Virus record (IMG/VR): IMGVR_UViG_3300017909_004107
Span: 56,974 to 120,973 of that record
DNA: 64,000 bases
Reading direction: 5' to 3' (one strand)
DNA from: a virus
Taxonomy: Duplodnaviria; Caudoviricetes
A program made the translations under genes and the position numbers. Below, one piece after another: positions 1 through 8,429 of this stretch (positions are counted from its first letter, which is position 1; each line of letters opens with the position of its first letter). The notes below the pieces were generated by a model that was given only the letters and a program-made list of their open reading frames with translations, did no database searches and was not told the origin of the DNA.

Positions 1-5
1 GAATT

Positions 6-887
6 TTGCCGGGTGTGTGTCGTGAAGCAATGGGTAGGAGAGACTGGATATATACCAACCCACAATTATTTCGCAGCAGCAAGATATACTCATGGAGTGA
101 CTTTCATCATAAGAGGTTATGTAAAGAAGGACGTTCTATTATATCATACTATGGTTCTGCACCATGGTTGTGGGACTTAGATCCAGCAGCAGGTGAAACT
201 GGCGGATCATTGTTTTTTCTACCACGAGACGATTGTGGTACTATAAGAGACGCTGATATTAACATAGTACAAGATGCGATAGATTCAGCACCAGAACCAA
301 TTACTTTCCTGCTGCCATGGCGTTTATGTGACCAGTGGAAAAGTTGGGAACAACTGGAAATCCCCAGTCATGCAGATTTTGTACAAATGTCAGATCGTAG
401 TACAAGACAACTTATACTAACAAAACTATTCCAACAGCATGAGTATGTGTATCTGCCGTGGGTGGGCACAGATTTATACTACGCCGAATTCCTTGATAAG
501 AAAGTTGTGATTTATGATAGTATAAAGAACTATAGAAAGAGAACAATAGAGGAGCAGGAAGAAGTGGGCACGAAAAGTTGGATCACCCGTAATTTAGTAT
601 GGGGTTATGACTTTCTAAATGACATACAAAAGGAGTTTTTACATCATACAGAGAAATGGTACGATATGAGTGAAGACGATAGAAAATTCCTAACATCAAA
701 GATGCTAGGATTAGATGTTTTGAAGTCTCCTCGTGAATTATATGATGATCTAATTCGTGTCGGATATCTTCACAAAGAAAAGTTTACAAGTAATGAGAAA
801 TATGAGGCAAATTATGAGTGGTTGAAGGAAAAATGTGTAGATTTCACACCAAGTGACCATATTCAGCAATTATACGCAAAATTGTAA
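6..887 (+). CDS. hypothetical protein (possibly 5'-truncated)
   Basis: 293-aa ORF at the window edge; no recognisable motif. Confidence 0.6.
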   Translation: MPGVCREAMGRRDWIYTNPQLFRSSKIYSWSDFHHKRLCKEGRSIISYYGSAPWLWDLDPAAGETGGSLFFLPRDDCGTIRDADINIVQDAIDSAPEPITFLLPWRLCDQWKSWEQLEIPSHADFVQMSDRSTRQLILTKLFQQHEYVYLPWVGTDLYYAEFLDKKVVIYDSIKNYRKRTIEEQEEVGTKSWITRNLVWGYDFLNDIQKEFLHHTEKWYDMSEDDRKFLTSKMLGLDVLKSPRELYDDLIRVGYLHKEKFTSNEKYEANYEWLKEKCVDFTPSDHIQQLYAKL

Positions 888-964
888 CATTTGATACCAA
901 ACTGCTCCCTCCAGAATCGCCTGTAAGGTGCCTGTTTTTATCTTTAGGTATGATAGTAACCCCC

Positions 965-1807
965 CTATGTTACGTTCCAATCGATCTTCGTGCGAATTTT
1001 TTCGTTATATTTCCATATCTCTTTGAACATCTTACTATTCAGTCCTACTTCGTCAAACTGAGCAATCAAAGCATTGAGGTCTTTCGGGAAACATGTTCCT
1101 CCAAATCCTCTATCATTATCTACACCCGGAACTTGAGTATGTGAATCTCCTATTCGTGGGTCTGCAACCACACCTCGTCTTACATGTTCATAATCCATTT
1201 TATGTTTTTCACAAAAATCATACATTTTATTAAAGTATGCAACCTTGTATGCTAAAAAGACATTAGAAAAATATTTTACTGTTTCACTTTCATTACTTGT
1301 CATATAATGTACATCAGTATTACTAAAATAATAATTATAGAATGTTCCTAACTTACTACTATAATGTTGTCTTGCTCCTATGATAGTTCGTGGTGCATCA
1401 CGAAAATCTTTTACAGCATTTCTTGCTGTTAGAAACTCAGGATTATGACATACAGTATGACCTAACTCAGCATATTTCTCAGTTGTTCCAACTGGAACTG
1501 TAGACTTGATAACATACAAAGGGTCATCATAAGCATCATTATCCAACGCTTCAAGTGATTGATATGGGTCTAACTTAGAAAAGAATTCGTCTAAGTATGT
1601 CAAGTCACACGTTCCGTCCATTTTCATTGGAGTGGGCAAGCAGACAAAAACAATACTTTGCTTCGTTGTTTCTTCAAATGTATTCAATGATCTCAATGGG
1701 TCTATATCATATACCTTTGTTTCTACTTCGTCTCTTACATTCTGATATATTGCATTTCCTACAAATCCATTACCTACGATACCAACAGTTAATCTATCTG
1801 AATACAT
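965..1807 (-). CDS. ugd: UDP-glucose/nucleotide-sugar 6-dehydrogenase (short form)
   Basis: Rossmann GIVGNGFVG, FVCLPTP, KSTVPVG, NPEFL, catalytic GFGGTCFPKD. Confidence 0.88.
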   Translation of the reverse strand: MYSDRLTVGIVGNGFVGNAIYQNVRDEVETKVYDIDPLRSLNTFEETTKQSIVFVCLPTPMKMDGTCDLTYLDEFFSKLDPYQSLEALDNDAYDDPLYVIKSTVPVGTTEKYAELGHTVCHNPEFLTARNAVKDFRDAPRTIIGARQHYSSKLGTFYNYYFSNTDVHYMTSNESETVKYFSNVFLAYKVAYFNKMYDFCEKHKMDYEHVRRGVVADPRIGDSHTQVPGVDNDRGFGGTCFPKDLNALIAQFDEVGLNSKMFKEIWKYNEKIRTKIDWNVT

Positions 1808-1836
1808 ATTCTATTTGTAAAGTACATTATATTATA

Positions 1837-2676
1837 TCACAATGATTCTTCTTTGTCAAGGAAGAAATCAGAATCATTTATTGCTCTATCGTCCACATAT
1901 ATTTTTGCTCTAGGTTTTCCAAAGAATAACCTAGTGTATTTTAGACCCCACTCTTTGAGTTGCTTTTCGGTTCGTGACCTGACATGATAGTCTGCTTCTC
2001 TTTGTTGAGCAAGTATATCATGAGGGTATCGAGTACTACTATGAATGAACCCTCTTGCTGTCATAAGGTATATTGTAGCACCTTCGTCAAAAAGTTTATT
2101 CACCTTCTCTATCCTGCTTGGTATGGGTATTGCTTCAAATGGAGTTCCATCATGAGGTTCAGTCAGAGTTCCATCTATATCAATACAATATACATTATCT
2201 CTAACACTCACATCTATATTATTCTGAACGATCTTAGGAAGAGTTGGTAAACTGACACCTGTTTGTTGCATCAGCATGTACATTGCATACAACGATCTAC
2301 ATTCAAATTCGTGATAATATGTTGATTCTATTCTTACTGTTGGTATTATATCGTGATAATCAGGAGCAAATAGTATTACGTTATCAAGATTTACTAACTG
2401 TCGGGTAAGTGGACTCTCAACTCTACATGTGATAGCAATAATCAAATCAGCACCACCTCGTGCATAATCTAACCATTTTGATTTCCAGTCTCCGTCTCCA
2501 CCTAAAGCAGTCAGATTGACTGAATCAGGAGCAAAACAAAACTTTCCTGTATGACGATACATGTCACTTGCCATGTGTTGAGCAATGGCAAGATTTCCTC
2601 CTGTACCAATAAGAGCAATACTTCGTGCTTTTTTGAATTTAGATAATATTTTACTCTCAATGAGAAGATTCATCAT
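1837..2676 (-). CDS. SIS sugar isomerase (GmhA-like) fused to HAD phosphatase
   Basis: N-terminal GTGGNLAIAQHMASD resembles GmhA GNGGSAADAQHFAAE; C-terminal HAD motifs DIDGTL, TAR, GKP, YVDD. Confidence 0.72.
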   Translation of the reverse strand: MMNLLIESKILSKFKKARSIALIGTGGNLAIAQHMASDMYRHTGKFCFAPDSVNLTALGGDGDWKSKWLDYARGGADLIIAITCRVESPLTRQLVNLDNVILFAPDYHDIIPTVRIESTYYHEFECRSLYAMYMLMQQTGVSLPTLPKIVQNNIDVSVRDNVYCIDIDGTLTEPHDGTPFEAIPIPSRIEKVNKLFDEGATIYLMTARGFIHSSTRYPHDILAQQREADYHVRSRTEKQLKEWGLKYTRLFFGKPRAKIYVDDRAINDSDFFLDKEESL

Positions 2677-3374
2677 AGTTTAGACTCTACCTCCTGTATG
2701 TGGTGTGGACGATCAACTGATCTTATTTTACCACAATTTAGGTCGTATGGTACAACATTATATTTGCCACAGAACCCAATAGTATCTAGACCTTTCCAAT
2801 ATTTGACAATACCCATATCACAATTAGGAAAGTCACGAATTACATTTATTTTATACAGATAAAAACCTAACTGAACAATAATATTATCGCACACTATTTC
2901 ACATTTTCTCATCATATTCGTTATTACACCATTATTGCATATCATTTTTACTACATCTTCGTCTTGTATATCGCTTTGTTCTAACTGTCTCATTGGTTGC
3001 ACCATATCACACTGATGCCTGACACCAAACTTTATTACCTGATCTAACCAGTCAGGTTGAGTTAGCGGTTCGTCTCCCTGCAAATTAAGAATGTAATCAC
3101 TTTCCACATTTTGAGATACCTCTGCAACTCTATGAGTGCAAGTGTAGTGTTTTCCTGTAAGTCTGGATTCATAACCCTCCTTTTTGCAAAGATCGACAAT
3201 TTCGTGATCTTCGGTAGCAACAATAACATTGTCAATATATTTAGACTTTCGTGCAATGTCGGCAACCCTGAGAACCATTGCTCTATCGTGTATGAGAGCA
3301 AGTGGTTTTCGTGGAAACCTAGATGACGACAGTCTAGCAGGGATTACACATGTAATCTTCTGACCTAGATACAT
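2673..3374 (-). CDS. kdsB: CMP-KDO synthetase-like cytidylyltransferase
   Basis: VIPARLSSSRFPRKPL, VATED, THRVAEV, NLQGDEPL, SVD; ATG at 3374 preferred to TTG at 3413. Confidence 0.85.
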   Translation of the reverse strand: MYLGQKITCVIPARLSSSRFPRKPLALIHDRAMVLRVADIARKSKYIDNVIVATEDHEIVDLCKKEGYESRLTGKHYTCTHRVAEVSQNVESDYILNLQGDEPLTQPDWLDQVIKFGVRHQCDMVQPMRQLEQSDIQDEDVVKMICNNGVITNMMRKCEIVCDNIIVQLGFYLYKINVIRDFPNCDMGIVKYWKGLDTIGFCGKYNVVPYDLNCGKIRSVDRPHHIQEVESKL

Positions 3375-3455
3375 AATTTTTCTCTTGTATAGATATGATA
3401 ACAGTGGTTGCAAAATATTGCAACGTGGAATATTATATAGAATTACAGTTTATCT

Positions 3456-3731
3456 ATGAGAAGAATCAATTTAGGAGACATTGTAACGTCAGGAAACGAT
3501 ACTGGCGAGGTCTGTTTTGTTTCTACTCATTATTTTTGTATGTGTGTTAGAATGGGGGAGATCGCATTGAATGATGTAAAAATAGTTGTATCCAGAACAA
3601 TAGACAACTTTGAGATTATACGCAAGGTGGAGAGTGACAGTTTAGAAAGTGTCACAAAAGAAATTGAAAAGAAATACATGTACAATAGAGTTAGATCAAA
3701 TCAAAAATGGAGAGTTCCTTATGTTATCTGA
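3456..3731 (+). CDS. hypothetical protein
   Basis: 91-aa ORF; first gene of the + strand block. Confidence 0.55.
   Translation: MRRINLGDIVTSGNDTGEVCFVSTHYFCMCVRMGEIALNDVKIVVSRTIDNFEIIRKVESDSLESVTKEIEKKYMYNRVRSNQKWRVPYVI
3634..3691 (+). promoter_or_regulatory. palindrome-type early promoter (weak -10)
   Basis: GTGACAGT-TTAGAA-AGTGTCAC (3634-3655); TACAAT 3681 or TAGAGT 3686 (30 nt downstream). Confidence 0.55.
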
Positions 3732-3894
3732 GAACGAGTACAATCTCATTTGTTATTGTTTAGAACATCAACTATATGAGTTCACACCTGAAGAGAGAAA
3801 TGATGCTAATAATATAGTAGTCAAATTATCAGAGCATGTGACACTTGACAAACTGGCACATAGGCACGAGCGTAGAGATTTAGACACACTATAA
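3721..3894 (+). CDS. small hypothetical protein
   Basis: ATG 3721 with GGAGAG SD-like sequence at 3709. Confidence 0.55.
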   Translation: MLSENEYNLICYCLEHQLYEFTPEERNDANNIVVKLSEHVTLDKLAHRHERRDLDTL

Positions 3895-3895
3895 T
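3838..3895 (+). promoter_or_regulatory. palindrome-type early promoter
   Basis: GTGACACT-TGACAA-ACTGGCAC (3838-3859), 30 nt, TATAAT 3890-3895; ATG 3917. Confidence 0.75.
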
Positions 3896-3916
3896 GATAG
3901 TATAACAACAAAGATT

Positions 3917-6172
3917 ATGACAGTATCAATCGAAATCAAAGGTAATCTTGCTAAACTTCTAGCAACTGAAGACCTTATCATAGAGCATAAACCAGTCGAG
4001 ACAGCATCATTTGATGTTGACAGAAGAGTACTTACTCTACCTGTATGGGATAGAGCAAGTGAGACTGTTTACGATATGCTAGTGGCACATGAGGTGGGTC
4101 ATGCCCTATACACACCTAATAGAGAGTGGTTCTTAGAACCAGAGTGGAAAACAATACCAAAGGATTATGTCAATGTGGTTGAAGATGCTCGCATTGAAAG
4201 ACTTATCAAGCAAAGATACAGAGGTCTCAACAGAGATTTCAAAAATGGATACAATGAATTACATAATGATGATCTATTTGAATTATCAGATCAGAATGTA
4301 AATCATTTGAAACCTATTGACAAAATCAATCTATACTTCAAGATCGGTGGTTACATTGACATTGAGTTCAATGACACTGAGAATGAGTTTGTGACCAGAA
4401 TATCTAAATGTCAAACATTTGACGAGGTACTTGTTATATCTAAAGAGATACATGAGTACACTAAAGAAATGCAAGAGCAAATGCAGAAGCAAGCAAATGC
4501 CGAGCAAAAAGAGTCCGAAGCACAAGATAATGGCAAAGTCGAGTCCAGACCTGACATGTCAAAATCTAATGATGATACTCAAGCACAAAAAGATGAGCAA
4601 AAAACTGATACTCAAGGAGAACCAGAAGAAGAACCAGTACAAAGTAGATCAGACAAATCATTTCCTGATGAAGTAGATGATACTGAACAGGAACAGAAAC
4701 AGGAAGAGATACAGAATTCTGGGGATACTCAAGGTGGAGAGTTCGGAGACATCAATACTGCTACAACTCAGAGATCACTTGATGAGAGTATTGAAGACTT
4801 GACCAACACATATAAAGATCAAGTGCCTACACAATATGTTACTATCCCGAACATGGTTTTGGATAAAGTTGTTGTTGATTTCAATACTATCAAGACATAT
4901 CTTGATGAACATTTTGTCAAGGAAAATACTACTGACTCATCAAATCAATTCTTGATCGAGCATACAAGAAGATTCAATGATTTCAAGAAGTCCAGTAACA
5001 AAGAAGTCAACTATCTTGTCAAAGAGTTTGAAATGAAAAAATCAGCAGACTCATATTCTAGACAGGCAACAGCAAAGACTGGTATGCTTGACACATCTAA
5101 ATTGCACACATATATGTACAATGAAGATATATTCAGAAAGGTAACAACAATACCTGACGGAAAGAATCATGGTCTTATATTTGTTCTGGACTGGTCAGGT
5201 TCAATGAACAGTATACTTGAAGATACTCTCAAGCAATTATTTCAATTAGTCTGGTTCTGTAAAAAGACTCAAATCCCTTACGAGGTCTACGCTTTTACAA
5301 ATGATTCATGGCAATTAGGTAAGAGTGATGATAATGCTGACCAACCACATTCATCATACAGAAGTGCATCACAGGAAATTCTGGTTGATAAGTGGAAAGA
5401 GGGAGACATCAATATTGATGGGTATTTCCGTATGGTAAACATATTATCATCTAAGGCAAGAACCAAAGATATTGAAAAGCAAATGCTAAACTTGTGGTTG
5501 ACAAACTGTAGTTTCAAGTATCACTACAATCATCATTTCCCACACCCTGCTAAGTTTCATCTATCAGGCACACCATTGAATGAAGCAATCATTTGTACTA
5601 AACAATTAGTCAAGCAAATGATGAAGAAAATCCAGAAGGTACACGTTGTTATCCTGACTGATGGAGAAGCACATCAACCTAGTTACAATGTTGACAGATC
5701 AAAATTACATGATGGTTATGGTCTAGATCATAAGGGTACAAGATCAATCAATTCAACTTGTATGTTGAGAAATCGTAAGTCAGGAAAGACTTACGGATTG
5801 ACCTATAGTAATTGTTCATTGAAACTCATTGAGTGCATCAAGGACGATCTACCTAATGTCTCATTCATTGCTTTCAGAGTGGTTGAGAGGGGTGGTATGA
5901 GATATGTCTGGACTCAGTATGGTATGGAGACATATCCTGATTACGAGGTCATGAAAGAGCAAATCAAGAAAGGCAATCTTTCACTCACATTGAACTCATA
6001 CGATAAATTCTTTATGATACCACAGCATCATCTAAGTGTGGACTCAGATCAACTAGAACAAGTTGAAGAGGGTGCATCTAAGGGAGAAGTCTCAAAGGCA
6101 TTTCGTAAGATGTTCAAAAACAAAAAGACTAACAAGTTTATGCTCTCAGAGTTTGCGAAAGCAATCGCATAA
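3917..6172 (+). CDS. CobT-like protein: N-terminal HExxH metallopeptidase-like domain, acidic linker, C-terminal VWA domain
   Basis: HEVGHALYT...NVVEDARIE; D/E/Q-rich linker; MIDAS DWSGS, GTPL, LTDGE; directly upstream of a MoxR AAA+ gene. Confidence 0.8.
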   Translation: MTVSIEIKGNLAKLLATEDLIIEHKPVETASFDVDRRVLTLPVWDRASETVYDMLVAHEVGHALYTPNREWFLEPEWKTIPKDYVNVVEDARIERLIKQRYRGLNRDFKNGYNELHNDDLFELSDQNVNHLKPIDKINLYFKIGGYIDIEFNDTENEFVTRISKCQTFDEVLVISKEIHEYTKEMQEQMQKQANAEQKESEAQDNGKVESRPDMSKSNDDTQAQKDEQKTDTQGEPEEEPVQSRSDKSFPDEVDDTEQEQKQEEIQNSGDTQGGEFGDINTATTQRSLDESIEDLTNTYKDQVPTQYVTIPNMVLDKVVVDFNTIKTYLDEHFVKENTTDSSNQFLIEHTRRFNDFKKSSNKEVNYLVKEFEMKKSADSYSRQATAKTGMLDTSKLHTYMYNEDIFRKVTTIPDGKNHGLIFVLDWSGSMNSILEDTLKQLFQLVWFCKKTQIPYEVYAFTNDSWQLGKSDDNADQPHSSYRSASQEILVDKWKEGDINIDGYFRMVNILSSKARTKDIEKQMLNLWLTNCSFKYHYNHHFPHPAKFHLSGTPLNEAIICTKQLVKQMMKKIQKVHVVILTDGEAHQPSYNVDRSKLHDGYGLDHKGTRSINSTCMLRNRKSGKTYGLTYSNCSLKLIECIKDDLPNVSFIAFRVVERGGMRYVWTQYGMETYPDYEVMKEQIKKGNLSLTLNSYDKFFMIPQHHLSVDSDQLEQVEEGASKGEVSKAFRKMFKNKKTNKFMLSEFAKAIA

Positions 6173-6229
6173 ACCAATCATCAAAGTGGCACATTGCTTA
6201 TTGCATTGCCACTTTGCCCCAATTACAAT
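6171..6229 (+). promoter_or_regulatory. palindrome-type early promoter with stem-loop
   Basis: AAACCAAT-N6-AGTGGCAC; TTGCAT(6201)-17-TACAAT(6224); inverted repeat CAAAGTGGCA/TGCCACTTTG; CAATCAATCA leader. Confidence 0.75.
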
Positions 6230-6252
6230 AAACACATAAGCAATCAATCATT

Positions 6253-7383
6253 ATGCCAAGAACAATCAACTTTGAACCACACTTTGATGCAATCACTTCT
6301 AAGTATGGTCAGGAACTAGATGCTGATATGGTCAAGGAGTATGTTGCAAACAATCCTGACGTATCCTATCAGACTGTCACTAAGTACCTAAACAAATGGA
6401 AAATATCTAGAGGTAAGTGGAATATCAAGACACCACAACAAGAGACTCAGATACCAACTGCTACATTCCAAGTACAGCAACCACAATCAACTAAACTCAC
6501 AAAGACTGAGAAAGTTGAACAGAATCTTATCCCTGCAAAGGATAACACATTCATTCCTTTTGGCAACTTCCCTGCACTCAAGAAAGTAATCGCATCTAGG
6601 GAGTTCTATCCTACATTCATCACTGGTATGAGTGGCAATGGTAAGACATTCGGTGTTGAGCAAGCATGCTCTCAGTTGAACAGAGAACTTATCAGAGTCA
6701 ACATTACAGTCGAGACTGACGAGGACGATTTGATCGGTGGTTTCAGACTTGTCAATGGTCAAACAGTATGGCACAATGGTGCTGTTGTTGAAGCGTTAGA
6801 GCGTGGTGCAATCTTATTACTTGATGAGATCGATCTAGCATCAAACAAGATACTATGCTTACAACCCATACTAGAGGGCAAAGGTCTGTTTCTCAAGAAG
6901 ATTGGCGAGTACATCAAACCTGCTAAAGGATTCAATGTCATTGCTACTGCTAACACAAAGGGTAAGGGTTCTGATGATGGTCGTTTCATAGGTACTAACA
7001 TACTCAATGAAGCGTTCCTTGAGAGATTCCCTATCACATTCGAGCAAGAGTATCCTACAGTCGTGACTGAGAAAAAGATACTTACAAGATTATGTGAAGA
7101 GATCGGCATACCACTTACAGGAGATCACAAAGGATTCATTGACTACCTATGTGACTGGAGTGATATTGTAAGACGTACATTCAAAGACGGTGGTGTTGAT
7201 GAAATCATATCCACTCGTAGACTCGTTCACATCATGAGAGCATATCAAATCTTCGGCGATAAAGTCAAAGCAATGCAAATGTGTCTCAACAGATTTGATG
7301 ACGAGACTAAAGAGTCATTCATGCAACTCTATACTAAACTAGACGAGCATATCAAGTCAGAAGAGAATGTTACCGAGTCGTAA
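6253..7383 (+). CDS. cobS: CobS-like MoxR AAA+ ATPase
   Basis: Walker A GMSGNGKT, EDDLIGG, Walker B LLLDEID, ATANTKG, EAFLERF, STRRL. Confidence 0.9.
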   Translation: MPRTINFEPHFDAITSKYGQELDADMVKEYVANNPDVSYQTVTKYLNKWKISRGKWNIKTPQQETQIPTATFQVQQPQSTKLTKTEKVEQNLIPAKDNTFIPFGNFPALKKVIASREFYPTFITGMSGNGKTFGVEQACSQLNRELIRVNITVETDEDDLIGGFRLVNGQTVWHNGAVVEALERGAILLLDEIDLASNKILCLQPILEGKGLFLKKIGEYIKPAKGFNVIATANTKGKGSDDGRFIGTNILNEAFLERFPITFEQEYPTVVTEKKILTRLCEEIGIPLTGDHKGFIDYLCDWSDIVRRTFKDGGVDEIISTRRLVHIMRAYQIFGDKVKAMQMCLNRFDDETKESFMQLYTKLDEHIKSEENVTES

Positions 7384-7390
7384 CATTCCC

Positions 7391-7419
7391 TTGACAGGGT
7401 AAACCAAACCTGTCATAAT
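7391..7419 (+). promoter_or_regulatory. sigma70-type early promoter with internal inverted repeat
   Basis: TTGACA-17-CATAAT; TGACAGG/CCTGTCA inverted repeat spans the spacer. Confidence 0.8.
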
Positions 7420-7424
7420 GAGTA

Positions 7425-7501
7425 TGTCAGTCAAGGTTTTGATTGATGACTGTTGACTGACAAACTCTTTCGAGTCCTGTCGTATGACCTAAAACTAGGC
7501 A
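7425..7501 (+). ncRNA. structured 5' leader or sRNA with a loop antisense to (AAUC)n early leaders
   Basis: 10-bp stem TGTCAGTCAA/TTGACTGACA at the predicted TSS, terminal loop TTGATTGAT; then ACTC/GAGT hairpin and possible pseudoknot GTC-CTGTCGTAT-GAC-CTAAAACT-AGGCA. Confidence 0.5.
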
Positions 7502-7519
7502 TTGAAAACTTACAACATT

Positions 7520-7741
7520 ATGATTATGCAAATCACAGGTTCTTCCGCTATCGCAAACGTAAACTTCAAAGACGCTAGTCTTGTTGGTATCACATTCACA
7601 TCACAAGATACTGAATATGATTTCCTTGCGAAGGATTCAAACCTTGTTCGTAATGAACTAAGTAATGCTATCTCTAAGGGAGACAGCGTTGGTAAGTTGA
7701 TCGCTTCATACAGAAGAGAAGGTCAACTAACAGAAGTGTAA
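7520..7741 (+). CDS. small protein with weak KTSC-domain resemblance
   Basis: SSAIANVNF...ITF...EYDF...DSVGKLI pattern; start 7520 or 7526. Confidence 0.55.
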   Translation: MIMQITGSSAIANVNFKDASLVGITFTSQDTEYDFLAKDSNLVRNELSNAISKGDSVGKLIASYRREGQLTEV

Positions 7742-7797
7742 TCTAGAATTACACAAAGACAATTGAATATTTTGATACTAGCATAATCTCGCAAAGC

Positions 7798-7823
7798 AAA
7801 CCCACTCACAAGGTGGGTTTTCT
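7798..7823 (+). terminator. intrinsic terminator
   Basis: AAACCCAC-tcacaag-GTGGGTTT followed by T-rich tail. Confidence 0.75.
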
Positions 7824-7824
7824 T

Positions 7825-7882
7825 ATGCCAATTTATATACTGGTACGAACTGGTTGTTATAGCATAACAATTATACTATAAT
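7825..7882 (+). promoter_or_regulatory. palindrome-type early promoter for the nuclease/MTase pair
   Basis: ATGCCAAT-TTATAT-ACTGGTAC, 30 nt, TATAAT 7877; TTGTTA at -35 (17-nt spacer); TTGTTAT/ATAACAA hairpin. Confidence 0.75.
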
Positions 7883-7904
7883 GAGTATATCAATCAAACA
7901 TACA

Positions 7905-8429
7905 ATGATTACAGCAAAAGACATTTTACAATTCAAGACACACAAAGTTTCTCTACAAGAAAGTAAGAGTTGTATCTACAATGGTAGTCCGTTTCAAATC
8001 TACAAACAAATGAGTAGTAAGAAGAAAGGGGCAAGGTTCGAGGGTATTGTACAAGAGTATTGCACAAACTTAGGATACAAAGTTACAAAACCAGATAACT
8101 CAGATCATGATAGAAAGATCAACAATATCAAGGTTGAGATCAAGGGTTCAATGTTATGGTCTAATCCACAGTTTTTCCGTTGGCAACAATTACGACCGCA
8201 TCAAGATTATGATGTTGTTATATTCCTTGCAATATTCCCACAACAAATAGAATTCTATGGGTGTACAAAACAAGATATAAAAGATCATCTTGAAATACAG
8301 GACGAGAAGGGCAACTGGATACACAACCAACATGGAGGACTCAAGGTCAACTCAGGCACATTCTTTTTGGATAGTGACGGTCTAACCATACCCACATGGT
8401 TCAAATCAATCAAAGAGGTATTACAATGA
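7905..8429 (+). CDS. putative PD-(D/E)XK endonuclease (restriction enzyme-like)
   Basis: KGARFE...DHDRKINNIKVEIKGS catalytic pattern; stop overlaps the MTase ATG; start reassigned to 7905, downstream of the promoter. Confidence 0.6.
   Translation: MITAKDILQFKTHKVSLQESKSCIYNGSPFQIYKQMSSKKKGARFEGIVQEYCTNLGYKVTKPDNSDHDRKINNIKVEIKGSMLWSNPQFFRWQQLRPHQDYDVVIFLAIFPQQIEFYGCTKQDIKDHLEIQDEKGNWIHNQHGGLKVNSGTFFLDSDGLTIPTWFKSIKEVLQ

Noticed and set aside
7464-7501. Known riboswitch or ribozyme (preQ1, glutamine, hammerhead)
   Set aside because: Could not match the core consensus by eye; left unassigned pending an Rfam search.
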